Below, piece after piece: positions 36,462 to 49,330 of a DNA stretch of 64,000 nt. Position 1 is the stretch's first letter, and every line of letters begins with the position of its first letter. Both the position numbers and the translations under genes were made by a program. The notes beneath the pieces were generated by a model. The model saw nothing but the letters and a program-made list of their open reading frames with translations. It did not search any database and was not told the origin of the DNA. This stretch comes from Octopus vulgaris (lineage: Eukaryota). The stretch lies in the NCBI GenBank assembly GCA_951406725.2, contig OX597816.1:158720001-158784000 (forward strand), in the 5' to 3' direction.

Positions 36462-37686
36462 TAAGTGGCATAAGTGTTGTTGTTTAGTCCCCAGGTCAGT
36501 CCTGACTGAGCAGAGCAAATGCATTCCAGGCATATGACCACACGAGGTTTTTCTCATGTAGTATATATCTAGTGCTACATTGTCTAATGCATCCCTCCCT
36601 TTTTACTAGTATGGGAATTTAATCCTCATTATCATCGTTATTTTCTCTGAGTCCCTTGAGATATTTGTTTTGCTCTGAGTTGTAAACACTCACTTGAAGT
36701 ACAGAGAACAAGTGACTGATCTGTTGAAAATCTATAACCAACAAATCTATCGCTTACTTGCAAAGCTTTCGCTCTGTTATAAAATGCAATATATAAATAA
36801 GACTAGAGATATATCTGAAGGAAAATTCATTTATTAAGTTATGAAATAAAGAAGAAGCATACACAAGAGGATCGCTTTCCATTTTTTTTTTTCTCACAAG
36901 ATCAAAACAATTTGGAATAAATTGATTAAAGTTTCATCAGATCAAACACAATGTTATTTCTTTATATTTATGCACACACACACACACACACACACATGCA
37001 TGCACACATGTATACATGCACGCACATGCACAAATGCATGCACATACACACACAATTTCTATTTATCTTTCTTTCTCTTTTTAGCAGTATCTTTTATCCT
37101 TTACTTGCTTTGATCATTAGACTGTGGTCATGCTGGAGCACCACCTTGAATAAATTGTAGTCAAATGAATTGACCTCCAGCACTTATTTTTCTTTTAAGC
37201 CTGGTACATATTCTATCAGTCTTTCTTGCTGAACAGCTAAGTTATGGAGACATAAATACAATAAGACCAGTTGTCAAGCTGTGATGAGGAACAAACACAG
37301 CCACAACATCATCATCATTTAACATCCGCTTTCCATGCTGGCATGGGTTGGATGGTTTGACTGAAAACTGGTAAACCAGAGGGCTGCACCAGGTTCTGAT
37401 CTGATTCGGCAAGGTTTCTACAGCTGGATGCCCTTCCTAATGCCAACCACTTTGAGAGTGTAGTGGGCGATTTTTACATGCCACCGGCACAGGTGCCATG
37501 ACCTGTCACTGGCATCGGCCACGACTATGGCCTCACTTGGCTTGATAGGTCTGCACAAGCACAGTATATCACCAAAGGTCTTGGTTACCTGTCACTGCCT
37601 CCACGAGGCTCAACACTCAAACAGATCCTGTTGAAATGTCCAACTCATACCAGCATGCAAGACAAATGTGAAATGATGATGATGAT

Positions 37687-38079
37687 AGGTGTAGGAGTGG
37701 CTGTGTGGTAAGTAGCTTGCTTACCAACCACATGGTTCTGGGTTCAGTCCCACTGCATGGCACCTTGGGCAAGTGTCTTCTACTATAGCCTTAGGCCGAC
37801 CAAAGCCTTGTGAGTGGATTTGGTAGATGGAAACTGAAAGAAGCCCGTCGTATATATGTATATATATATGTATGTGTGTCTGTGTTTGTCCCCCCAACAT
37901 CGCTTGACAACCGATGTTGGTGCGCTTACATCCCTGTAACTTAGTGGTTCAGCAAAAGACACCAATAGAATAAGTACTGGGCTTACAAAGAATAAGTCCT
38001 GGGGTCGATTTGCTCAACTAAAGGTGGTGCTTCAACATGGCCACAGTCACATGGCTGAAACAAGTAAAAGAGTAAAGAG
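37687..38079 (+). mobile_element. SINE family A, full length
   Basis: Colinear with 22116-22529. Confidence 0.9.
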
Positions 38080-38149
38080 TATGATGATGGTGATGGTGTG
38101 TGTGTGTGTACTGACATAATTGGTGGTGGTGATTCCATTAGAAACAAAG

Positions 38150-38512
38150 GAACCAAGCTACTCAATACATCAAGTAGAAAGTATATTTCTTCTGCTGGGC
38201 TCAAATCTCATTTGCAGACCCATGAAAAACGAACCTCCACCAACTATTCTGCCTACATATCTGTGCACACCTTTCAATGCTGTGTATGCCATAAGGTCTG
38301 CAAATCTAACAGAGGCCTCAAAAGACATTTTAAGATCCTCAAAGATCAGAACTTAACTGCAGCTCTTGGTGGTCCAAATCAGATATGCAATTTATGTGGG
38401 TGTCTTTTCAATACATTGACTGGTTTAAAAAGTCATATTAGACACCATGATGGATCTAGGGTGTAAGAACAAGAGGTGGTCAGACTCTGCATAAGGAGTA
38501 GATAACCACCAC
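38150..38512 (+). mobile_element. Three C2H2-type fingers, probably a LINE ORF C-terminus remnant
   Basis: ..RKYISSAGLKSHLQTH..FQCCVCHKVCKSNRGLKRHFKIL..ICNLCGCLFNTLTGLKSHIRHH..* (stop at 38466). No TGEKP linkers, some ligands decayed, no ATG or acceptor, short (ACC)n-like tail. Confidence 0.55.
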
Positions 38513-39111
38513 AAATATATCTTTTATCATTTCTTTAACTTGCTTCAGACATAAGAATGTGTCTATGCTGGGACATCACCTTGAAGCATTTTAGTTACAC
38601 AAATCAGCTCTAGTATGTTTTTTTAAGCCTGGTACTTATTCTGTTGATCTTGTTAGCTGAACTGCTAAGTTACAGAGATGTAAACACACCAACACCAGTT
38701 GTTAATCAGTAGCAGGAAGACACACACACACACAGAGCTTCTTTCAGTTTCCATCTACCAAATCCACTCACAATGCTCACAAGTTATTTTATATCATTCT
38801 TTCATTTGAAACAACTAAGTTGTCAACTTGATCATATGGTTAATCATATGGGATCATATGAGTGTTCACTAATTTCTGTAAAAAATTTTCATTTCTTTAT
38901 GCTTTGAAGAGAGGAGAAATTGAAAGAGAGGAGAAAGTGAAAAGGTGACATTTGTTTTGAAGTGAAAGTAGAAAGTGAAAGATATATATATATATATACA
39001 TGTGTATGAAATGGATGTGTGTGTGCATATGAGAGAGAGAGAAAGTGAATGAGTGAAGGTGTGTTTTATGTATTCATTTTTTTGCATGTATGTGTAAGTG
39101 GCACTCATTTG

Positions 39112-39143
<32 letters not shown>

Positions 39144-39469
39144 AACATCTTTCATAAACACATACATAAATACATATGCATACATATTTTTTGTATGTAT
39201 GTGTGCATGTGAGAGAGAGAGAGAGAGAGAGTGTGTGTGTGTGTGAGTGACGCAAAAACTCTTTTATATATATAACCAGCTTTCTTTATTATAGCGCAGA
39301 TGTGACTAATGCAGAGAAACATTACTTTCATTATTCACACATCTTAACTCTCATAATGCAACAATGTAAATTTGGTTTAAATTGAAAAGAGTTAAACTAT
39401 TTTCACTTTCTAATGAAACCTGCTCATTGTTGAGCAGTGTCTTTCAAATAACTATAGCTGGTTGTAGAA

Positions 39470-39981
39470 TCATCATCATCATCATCATCATCATTAACAT
39501 CCACTTTCCATGCTAGCATGGGTTGGATGATTTGACTGAGGACTGGCAAACCAGATGGCTGCACCAGGCTCCAATCTGATCTGGTAGAGTTTCTACAGCT
39601 GGATGCCCTTCCTAATGCTAACCACTCTGAGAGTGTAGTGAGTGCTTTTACAAGGGCCAGTCAGGTGGTACTGGCAATGGCCACGCTCAAATGGTGTTTT
39701 TTACGTGCCACCTGCACAGGAGCCAGTCCAGCTGCACTGGCAACAACCTCACTAGAATATTTTTTCACGTGCCACTAAGGCAACACTGGTAGCAATCAGG
39801 CTAAAATGGTGTTTTTTACATGCCACCAGCACACAAGCCAGTCAGCTGCTCTGGCAACGATAATACTCGGATGGTGCTCTTAGTGCTCCACTAGCATGGA
39901 TGTCAATCATCGAATTTGATTTCAATTTCGATTTCACTTGCCTCAACAGGTCTTTGTAAGCAGAGTTTAGTGTCCAATGAT
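39470..39981 (-). mobile_element. RTE-type LINE 3' UTR copy
   Basis: Reverse complement of ~3470-4008. Confidence 0.8.
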
Positions 39982-40073
39982 AATTTAGAAAATATGTTAA
40001 TGAAAAAAGAGTTTATTTAGTAGCTGAGCAACTAAATTTTCGAATGCATAAGGAACAATCACTCACATACACA

Positions 40074-40129
<56 letters not shown>

Positions 40130-41598
40130 ATAACAAAAATGTGTACAGTGATATTTCTATGAGGAGTGGAAAATCCAATGATTCAGTGTCCTTCAGAGAA
40201 AGGTTAAAAGGAGAGACATAAAGAGACAACAGAATTTTACTTCCTGTAAGTTACAAAACTTTAAGAAAAACCTGGTTGTAGACTAACACCAACCTTTCTG
40301 GTGTCTGTTTAATCATATAAACACACAAACAAGCTTTTTTCAGTTTCTTATTTCTTTATTGCTCATAAGGTGGCTAAACATAGAGGGGACAAACAAGGAC
40401 AGAAAAAGGGATAAAGTCGATTACATCAACCCCAGTGCGTAAGTGGTACTTAATTTATCAAACCCTGAAAGGATGAAAGCAAAGTCAACCTCGGCAGAAT
40501 TTGAACTCAGAATGTAAAGACAGACGAATTGCTGCTAAGCATTTCAGCCAGTGAGCTAACATTTCTGCCAGCTCGCCGCCTTGAACTTTTTGCAGTTTCT
40601 GCCAACCAAATCAACTCACACTGTTTTAATTGGCCCAGGTCTATAGTAGAAGACACTTGCTTCAAGTGCCACACAGTGATACTGAACCCAAAACCATGTG
40701 GTTGGAAAGTAAACTTCTTAACTATACAGCCACATCTGCGTCAAGGAAAATATAAAACATGTCCTTCAGAGTCCCTTGCATCATTTATTCTGCACTAATT
40801 TAGACACTCTTGTGTCACGTGCACCTGAAATGTAGTGAACCAGAGATTGGCCTGTTGAATACTTGTAACCAACAATGTTATTGTTCACTGATTGCAACAT
40901 AAAATAAATAAATATGGTGTAGGACAACCATTTAATTTTAAAATATATAGGTTACCTTTTCATCAGAGAACAAACTAAAAGTGTTAAAATGTATAGCAAA
41001 CAAAACAAGGATTTGGTTAAAATCAAAGCAAAGCTTCAAGTGTAGAAAAATATATTAAAACTCTTTATACCTTAATATTGGCATCAAATAGGAAAAAGAA
41101 AATATATAGTAGTTGGTTATTGAGATACAGAGGAAAATAATGGAAGCTTAGATTATAAAGGAAGACGTATGAATAATATTTTCTTGGTTCAGATGATACT
41201 GCTAATGTTGAGTCACCTTGGCAGGTCTACAACTTAGCAATTGAATTTTAACAATAACCATAACCAGTGGTGGACTGACCCATGTTGCCAGCTTGCCTGA
41301 TGGCAAGTGGGTCCCTGCACCATTAGAATGCACTCCTAGAAGAATGCATTAATTATTTCAGCCTGGCTGTGTTTGTAGACAGTTGAAAAGAATACTTTTA
41401 ACAAAAAAAAAAAAAAAAATTAAATGATAGCATTGTAGTTGTGGGTGGGCCCACTTGTAGTTGCTACACAATGACACTAATTTAAACAGATTTGAATTTG
41501 GAAAAGATTTTTTAAAATTTGTTTTTTGCTTTCACAAATACAATAAAATTTTCAAATAAGTTAAGAAAGCAAAATTGTCAGTCATAAAACAGTAAGAC

Positions 41599-42025
41599 CA
41601 GTGCTGGATTAACCCTTAAGCAAAATAAGCACATGCTTAGGGCATCAAGGGATGGTGGGGGCACCAAAGAAATGGTAAATGGTTTACAGCACAAAAGAAA
41701 TCACTTTACACTTGCTAAAATAATATTCGGGATGTCTTTATCTCTACTAAGTATAGATGCAGATGTGTTACCAAAGATTAATTTTGAGGATCTGATAAAA
41801 GACTTTGCAATTCAAAAAAGTAGGAGGAAACTTCTCAAATATAAATAGTGGAAGTATACAAAAATAAACATTACTTTTCCTCTTACTATTTTGTTTCATT
41901 TTGAAAAATAAAAAATTATTTTATGGTTTGTTATTGTTCATATTTTGAATTACATAATCTTTTATGGGGGGGACAACAAAATATTTTAAGTGCTTAGGGC
42001 CTCGATGGGTCTTAATCCGGCCCTG
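41599..42025 (+). mobile_element. Internally deleted hAT transposon
   Basis: TIRs CAGTGCTGGATTAA / TTAATCCGGCCCTG. 8-bp TSD AGTAAGAC / GGTAAGAC. Retains a transposase C-terminus, LSLLSIDADVLPKINFEDLIKDFAIQKSRRK (hAT dimerisation region). Confidence 0.85.
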
Positions 42026-43789
42026 GGTAAGACAGAAACTCGATGCATTTTAAACAGATATGATTCTGTTATAATTCTTTCGCATGGGAATGGTAACACA
42101 CACAAACACCTTTTAAAAAGCAAAAGCTTCTCTAAAATGTAAATAAACCTACTTTATGAACTGCTTTCAGAAAATCATAAAACAAAGGTTCTAAAAGGAC
42201 AAAAATTGGTGTTGTGTGTTTTTGTTTTTAGCAAATTACAAAACATGGAACTTCTCTAAATGTTAGGTGAAAGGAAATGGCTCAATATTTGTTTGGATAA
42301 CATTTTGAATGCTTGTCTTAGTTTAACTAACCAATGTAACAGTGAGCTTATAAAGTAACATCCATCTTTCAGATCTTTAATTCATTTATATTTTCTTTTA
42401 ACAGGTTTAAATATCAAATTTAGGACAACTTTGTTCCCTGGTTAGGATTGGATGGCCATGGCTAAATCCACAGCTGATTATAGAAGACCTGCCAGTATGT
42501 ACTTGCTTTTGTTTATTATTTTTAAGTGCTCATATAGTCATGAGCAATCATAAACACCCTCGTGCTTCTCCCACCCTTGGCCCAAAGGAACATCAAAGAC
42601 ATGATGGCTGGGGAGAGAGAGAGAGAGTTGTACCAGCATTCAGTTGGTATTTATTGTCTGATTAGTAGACTGGAAGAATGTGAAATGAGGGGATTCACTC
42701 AAGAACACAATATGCCACCCAGTTCAGGAATTGAACCCACAGTTTTGTGATTGTGTCCACCACTTTAACCACTAGGCTACATAATGCCACTGGTCAAGGC
42801 TTAAAGATGGCACTAAATCATTATCTCCGATAAGAATATATTTAAGAAAAGTACAATAGGTAGTTATTCAATAACATCTTAGAAGCAATTAGTTAATTAA
42901 CACTAAGAAATTCCACACTAATTAAGCAATAATAACAAAATTGTTAAAGATTATTTCAAAGAGATTATTGTATGAAAAAATGCAGTGAAATTAATCTTTT
43001 GTCAACCCTAAAAACACAAAAGAGTGATGCTTATTGATGCTTTAAGCAAACGAGAAATAAATCCTTATCATTCCTTAGCAGGATTCTCTTCTATCACAAA
43101 AGGAAGAACTAAAGTCAATATGCCAAATCCACAAAATACTTTGAAAGAGCTACCACTGCTTCCAACAGAAAATTGTACAAGACATGATACCTATTTACAA
43201 TAAGGTGGACTTAGGCACTATGTTAGACATACTCACATACTCATCAACAGTAACTGTGTCAGATAAGGTATCTATTTAAAACAAGCTACTATGTTCGACT
43301 TAGCAAATTTTACTAGACACAGTATCTATTTAAAACAAGGTGGACTTAGCCACAATGTTAGAGATACAATTTCAGAAAATTATAACTTTCATGATATCTA
43401 AACAGTTCACTTGACATACTAGAAATAGTAACTAAATTTATGTCAGATCATATCTTACTGAGGAAATACTATTTAATGTAATCTTAGATATTAGGCATTC
43501 CTGAATAAAAGATCTGCTTAATTAAAGAATGACCTTGCTAAACAAGGTAAACTCAGCCACTATATTGAACACAAACACACATTGCAAATATTTGATTGGT
43601 CTCTTGTATATACATCATTTGAGTACAATATCCACACAAAAACTGTTTCCTAGATGGTTCATCACAGAATGCCACAGTACAATATGGTTCCCAGGTAGGC
43701 AGAGACAAAGGATAACTGAAACAATGGACTTTAGCAGTTCGGCAAAAGAGACCGATAGAACAAGTACTAAGCTTACAAAGAATAAGTCC

Positions 43790-44293
43790 ACAGTGATCCG
43801 TAGGTAGGTGAGGTGCAGCCAGAGGGTAAATGTCCAAAAGAATCCGTAAAGGGTAGATAGAAAGTCCAGTGGAGAAGTTCGTGTGTGATAAGAAATGACA
43901 GGATTAATTGGTGCAACCACGTAAGCATGTGATATACAGGGAGAGTTTACGAAAAAATCAAAAGACGAAGACAGGTGGTGTACAAAACAAACAGATGTAT
44001 TAGTATAACGCTCAGGAATAGAAAAAGTCTTTTACGTTTCAAGCCTATGCTCTTCTACAGAAAGGGACACAGAAAATAAACAAGGAGAGAAAAAAAAAAT
44101 GTGTGTAGTGGCTGATAGATCATTAGCCACTACACACATTTTTTTTCTCTCCTTGTTTTTTTCTGCGTCCCTTTCTGTAGAAGAGCGTAGGCTCGAAACA
44201 TAAAAGACTTTTTCTCTTCCTGAGCGTTATGCTAATACATCTTTGTTTTGTACACCACCTGTCTTCGTCTTTTGTTTTTTTCGTAAACTCCCC
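43790..44293. mobile_element. Palindromic Penelope-like insertion inside a SINE A
   Basis: Flanked by the direct repeat CTTACAAAGAATAAGTCC (43772-43789, 44294-44311). Contains a ~355-bp inverted repeat (43939-44293) with a hammerhead-like fold in each arm. Confidence 0.75.
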
Positions 44294-45274
44294 CTTACAA
44301 AGAATAAGTCCTGGGGTCGATTTGCTCGACTAAAGGCGGTGCTCCAGCATGGCCACAGTCAAATGACTGAAACAAGTAAAAGAGTAAAAAGAGTAAGCAT
44401 ACAGCAAGTCAGAACAAATACCACAAAACTTTCTATCCAACACTGTAACACTTTTGCCAAGTAACCACATTTAAGACAATTGGATTTGTTGGTCACATAA
44501 TCCTGCTAATATAGGCCATCTGTGTTCTCTATAACAACAAAAGACTAGTAAAGCAACAACAGACAAGAACAAATATACACTAATACACACACACATGGTA
44601 CAGTTTTCCATAATATACTTCTAAACATAATAATACTGTATTATATATAACACATTATTATCATGTTTGACAGTGTTATATCATTTAACAATAATCTCTA
44701 CAGTTATGGTATAATAAGATACCCTATAAATGGTGCAAAGTGGATAAAGTAACTGATCTGGATTGAATAAAGTATCACAGATAATATCATACTAGAAGCA
44801 TTCTGCTGTCTTTCCACACAAAACACTTATATCTATTTACTTTAGCTGACTGAGATGGTGAAATAGTAAGCATATGATGATGGGAAAAGTTACCGCAACA
44901 CCCTATTAACCTAGAAGAGATTTCTCACTACTATTTTTAATATGGTAGAACTGAAGGTAGAGCAATGACCTCATAAAACTATGTATTTTAAGAAAGAGCC
45001 TCTATGTGGTTGCTTGACCTGCTAAAAATAGCAGCCAATGTTCCCTCAAATTATACCTCACCATCGTTTAAAAGGAAGAGCACATTGAAGAATTTAGTTC
45101 TTGATACAGAAAATGATGGGACTACTATGGCTGAATCACCTTTCATTATAGGTCTGTAGGAACAAGGCTGACACAAGACTAAAGGACAATATAGTTTCAT
45201 GTTAGAATTAATTCTAAACCACTCCAAAGAATTATTACCAGGAATCTTACTTTTATTGATCTCCCCCTGTGTAT

Positions 45275-45478
45275 TTTTAGAACCTTTGTTTTATGATTTT
45301 CTGAAAGCAGTTCATAAAGTAGGTTTATTTACATTTTAGAGAAGCTTTTGCTTTTTAAAGTGTATGTGTGTGTGTGTTACCATTCCCATATGAAAGAATT
45401 ATAACAAAGTTATATCTGTTTAAAATGCATTGAGTTTCTGTCTTACCAAGGGCTGGATTAAGACCCACCGAGGCCCAA
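45275..45478 (-). repeat. Inverted duplicate of 41997-42196
   Basis: The reverse complement reproduces the hAT right end, the TSD and ~170 bp of flank. Confidence 0.9.
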
Positions 45479-45911
45479 AGGGCGTGGGTAGACTGCTTTC
45501 TTCCAAACCAAAACAACGAAAGAAAAACTGGACAGCTTAATTGGATATGAAACAGTAATGACTCTTATGCTGTCAGTCATAGTTATACAGTGTATGTGGC
45601 CAAGATACTCAGTCCAACTAGCCGTAAATTAGTACCACAGGAAGGAACAGTGTATTGAACAATAAAGCAGAAGAACAGTAAAATAAACAAATATTTCACT
45701 AACTTGCAATGTTCAATAACAACAACTGCTGACACAGTGGACTACATTTTTTGTTTTGTTTTATGGTTTGGTGTAACTTGAAGCAAATTTGGCTGCTATT
45801 TCTAGCAAGGTCTTGGGAAATATTCTGATTTGTTTAAGAGTAGGGACTACAACAAAGATGCTGTGCAATTTATGCAAACATGGGGGGTGGGGGTGGAAAT
45901 GGATATAAGCT

Positions 45912-45944
<33 letters not shown>

Positions 45945-46734
45945 TGATGGTAGTATTGTGTGGAAGTAGAACACCCCTATTGGTTGGTTCCTAATGGACT
46001 GTGCCACAATATAAATGGGCATACGCAGAGAGCCTTCAGAGCAGAGTAAAGCTGAGAGTTATGAATTGTTGAGGATTGTTACTGGTATCTTGAGAAGAAT
46101 GATTTGCAAGGACATTATTATTATCCCGTTATATCGTACATCAAACATGTGATACAACAGGTAGAATGAGCTTCCTCACAGTTCCCATTTGATTCACATA
46201 GTATTGATGGACCCAAGACTACAGTTGAAGATATTTACACAAAGTGCCACTCAGTGTAAATGTGACAAAACCCAGACCCTCATTACTGGGAAGCTAACTT
46301 CCTCATGACATATTTTAAAGAAATGGTTAGAGGTACGCCAAAGAGATCATCATCATCGTCATCGTTTAGTATCTGCTTTCCATGCTGGTATGTGTTAGAT
46401 GGCTTGACTGAGGTCTGGAAAGCCAGTGGCTGCACCAGGCTCCAATCTAATCTGACAAAGTTTCTACAGTTCGATGCCCTTCCTAACGCCAACCACTCCG
46501 AGAGTGGGATGATTCAATAAATGTTGTTGTTTAGCTCCATGCCAACCTTCCATAACAAGGGGTATTCCAACCATGACAAACCATTTCTTTTAGAGGTAAC
46601 TAGCAGTGCATTATCCAACATGTCCTTTATGTTTTTAAAATAGATATAAGGGTGTATGTTTGTTTTGCAAGATTCCTGATGTGAAATCATGTGTTGGAAC
46701 AGATATTGTTATATTTCAGGATTTTTTTTTTTTA

Positions 46735-47110
46735 TTCTCTAGTTTCAGTCATTTGACTGTGGCCATACTGGAGCACCACCTTAAGAGGTTTTAGTCGAAC
46801 AGATCAACCCTAGGACTTATTCTTTGTAAGCCTAGTACTTAATCTATCGTTCTCTTTTGCTGAACTGCTAAGTTACAGGGATGTAAATACACCAACATTG
46901 GTTGTCAAGCGATGGTGGGGAGGGACAAACACAGGCACAAACACACAAATATATATAGCAGGCTTCTTTCAGTTTCTATCTACCAAATCCTCTCACAAGG
47001 CTTTGGTCAGACTGAGGTTATAGAAGACATTAGCCTAAGGTGCCATGCAGTGGGACTGAACCTGGAACCATATGGTTGGGAAGCAAGCTTCTTAACACAC
47101 AGCCATGCCT
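46735..47110 (-). mobile_element. SINE family A
   Basis: Reverse complement of the family consensus. Confidence 0.8.
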
Positions 47111-47589
47111 GGTCTTTTTTTTATCAAAAAAAAAAAAAAAAAAAACACACACACACACGACTATCCTGAAATATAACAATATTACGGTGAAATTCGAAGG
47201 ATATTTGGTTGCTATTTCCAACATACTGTTTGACAACATAGCAATCTTTTTCATTAACTCAATTTAATAAATGTTTAATGAACAATTAGGAAAATGTTAA
47301 TCAGTACAAGGCTAATCAATAGAAGAGTGTTCAAATTCTAAATTATGTTCAAAAATAAACATTTTATCTTTTATATTTTTCTTTTTCATAAGACTGAGGC
47401 CATACTGGGCTACTACCTTGAAGAATTTTAGTCAAACAGATTGACCTTAGTGCTTATTTTTTTAAAAGCCTAGTACTTAACCTATCACTCTCATTTGCCG
47501 GATTGCTATGTTACAGGGGGATGTAAACACGGTTGTCAAACAGTGGTGGGGGACAAACAGACACAAGACGCACACACACACATATATAT

Positions 47590-47790
47590 AGTTGAAATTT
47601 ATAGAAAAACAAAAGATGAAGACAGATGTATGAACAACAAGCAATTGTATTAGTTTGGTGCTTGAGAAAGTGAAAAAAATCTTTTATGTTTTGAGCCTAT
47701 GCTCTTCAAAAGAAAGGAATAAGAGAAAATAAACAGAGAGAAAGTGAAAAAAAAAACCTTGTGGATCTAGCGGTCAAGCATGGCGACAAT
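47590..47790 (-). mobile_element. Penelope-like terminal fragment related to the 43939-44293 arms
   Basis: aaaagatgaagacag...gtattag...cttttatgttttgagcctatgctcttc, a single arm inserted in a SINE microsatellite. Confidence 0.55.
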
Positions 47791-48621
47791 ATATATATCT
47801 TGTCCTGGTGGCATGTAAAAAGCACCCACTACACTCTCAGAGTGGTTGGCATTAGAAAGAGCATCCAGCTGTAGAAACCTTGCCAGATTAGATTGGAGCC
47901 TGGTGCAGCCTTCTGGCTTGCCAGTCCTCAGTCAAACTGTCCAACCCATGCCAGCATGGAAAATGGACGTTAAACAACAACGGCGATGATGATGACAAGC
48001 TTGTTTCAGTTTCCATCTATCAAATCCACTCACAAGGCTTTGGTCAACCCAAGGCTATAGTTGAGGACAGCTGCCCAAGCTGCCACACAGTGGGGCTGAA
48101 CCTGGAACCATGCATTTGGGAAGCAAATTTCTTACTTCACAGCCAACCTGCACCTATTTCCCAGTAAAAAAAATAAACATAAAAAGACACAAAGTATCTC
48201 TATGTGTATATAAAGTTCAAGAAACTTTCAATCCATGTTGTCATGGGAAAACATCTTGCATTTACATATTTTGAAAGAAATTGTAAAAGGTGAAAAATGT
48301 TTTAAAAATAAGAATAATTTTGTTTTGCATTTGTTCATTCATGCAATTCAGTATTTATTACACACACACACACGCACCAATCTGTCTATCCACACATACA
48401 CACACACTTATTTGTCTGTCTACACAAACATGCACACCTATATGTCTAGCCACACACACACACACACACGTACACAACTATTTGTCTGTCTACACACACA
48501 CACACACACCCAAATATACACAAAAAGAGATAGACAAAAGAAGAAAGAAAATGGACTGCTATTCAGTTTTGTGAAAGTATTCAGAGAATGGCTTTTAAGA
48601 CATACTAAGAAATACATATTG

Positions 48622-48660
<39 letters not shown>

Positions 48661-48877
48661 CGCACGCGCATACACATATATAATCATCATCAACATTTCA
48701 TATCCGCTTTCTATGAATAGAAGGGTATAAACATGATCCAATAGGCTGCCAGACCATGTCCTCCTCCAATGTCTCACATTTGGCATGAGTCTATGGCTAA
48801 ATGCTCTCCCTAACACCAATCAATTTACTGAGTGTAGTAGGTATGTTTTACCATGGCACCAGCACTATACAGGTTAC

Positions 48878-49330
48878 AGCATCCATGCTAGTGGAGTGCT
48901 AAGAGTACCATACGAGTGAGATTGTTGCCAGAGCAACAAGCTGGCCTCCGTGCCGATGGCACATTAAAAACACCATTCGAGCGTGATTGTTACCTGCGTC
49001 GCTTTACTAGCACTTGTACTGGTGGCACATGAAAAAACATTCGAGTGAGGTCGTTGCCAGTGCCACTGGACTGGCTCCTGTGTAGGTGACATAAAAAGCA
49101 CCATTTGAGCATGGCCATTGCCAGTACCACCTGACTGGCCCTCATGCCGGTGGCATGTAAAAGCACCCACTACACTCTTGGAGTGGTTGGTGTAAGGAAG
49201 GGCATCCAGCTGTAGAAACTCTGCCAGATCAGATTGGAGTCTGATGCAGCCATCTAGTTTGCCAGACCTCAGTCAAATCGTCCAACCTATGCTAGCATGG
49301 AAAGCAAATGTTAAACAATGACGATGATGA
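48878..49330 (+). mobile_element. RTE-type LINE 3' UTR copy
   Basis: Colinear with 3548-4008. Confidence 0.8.
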
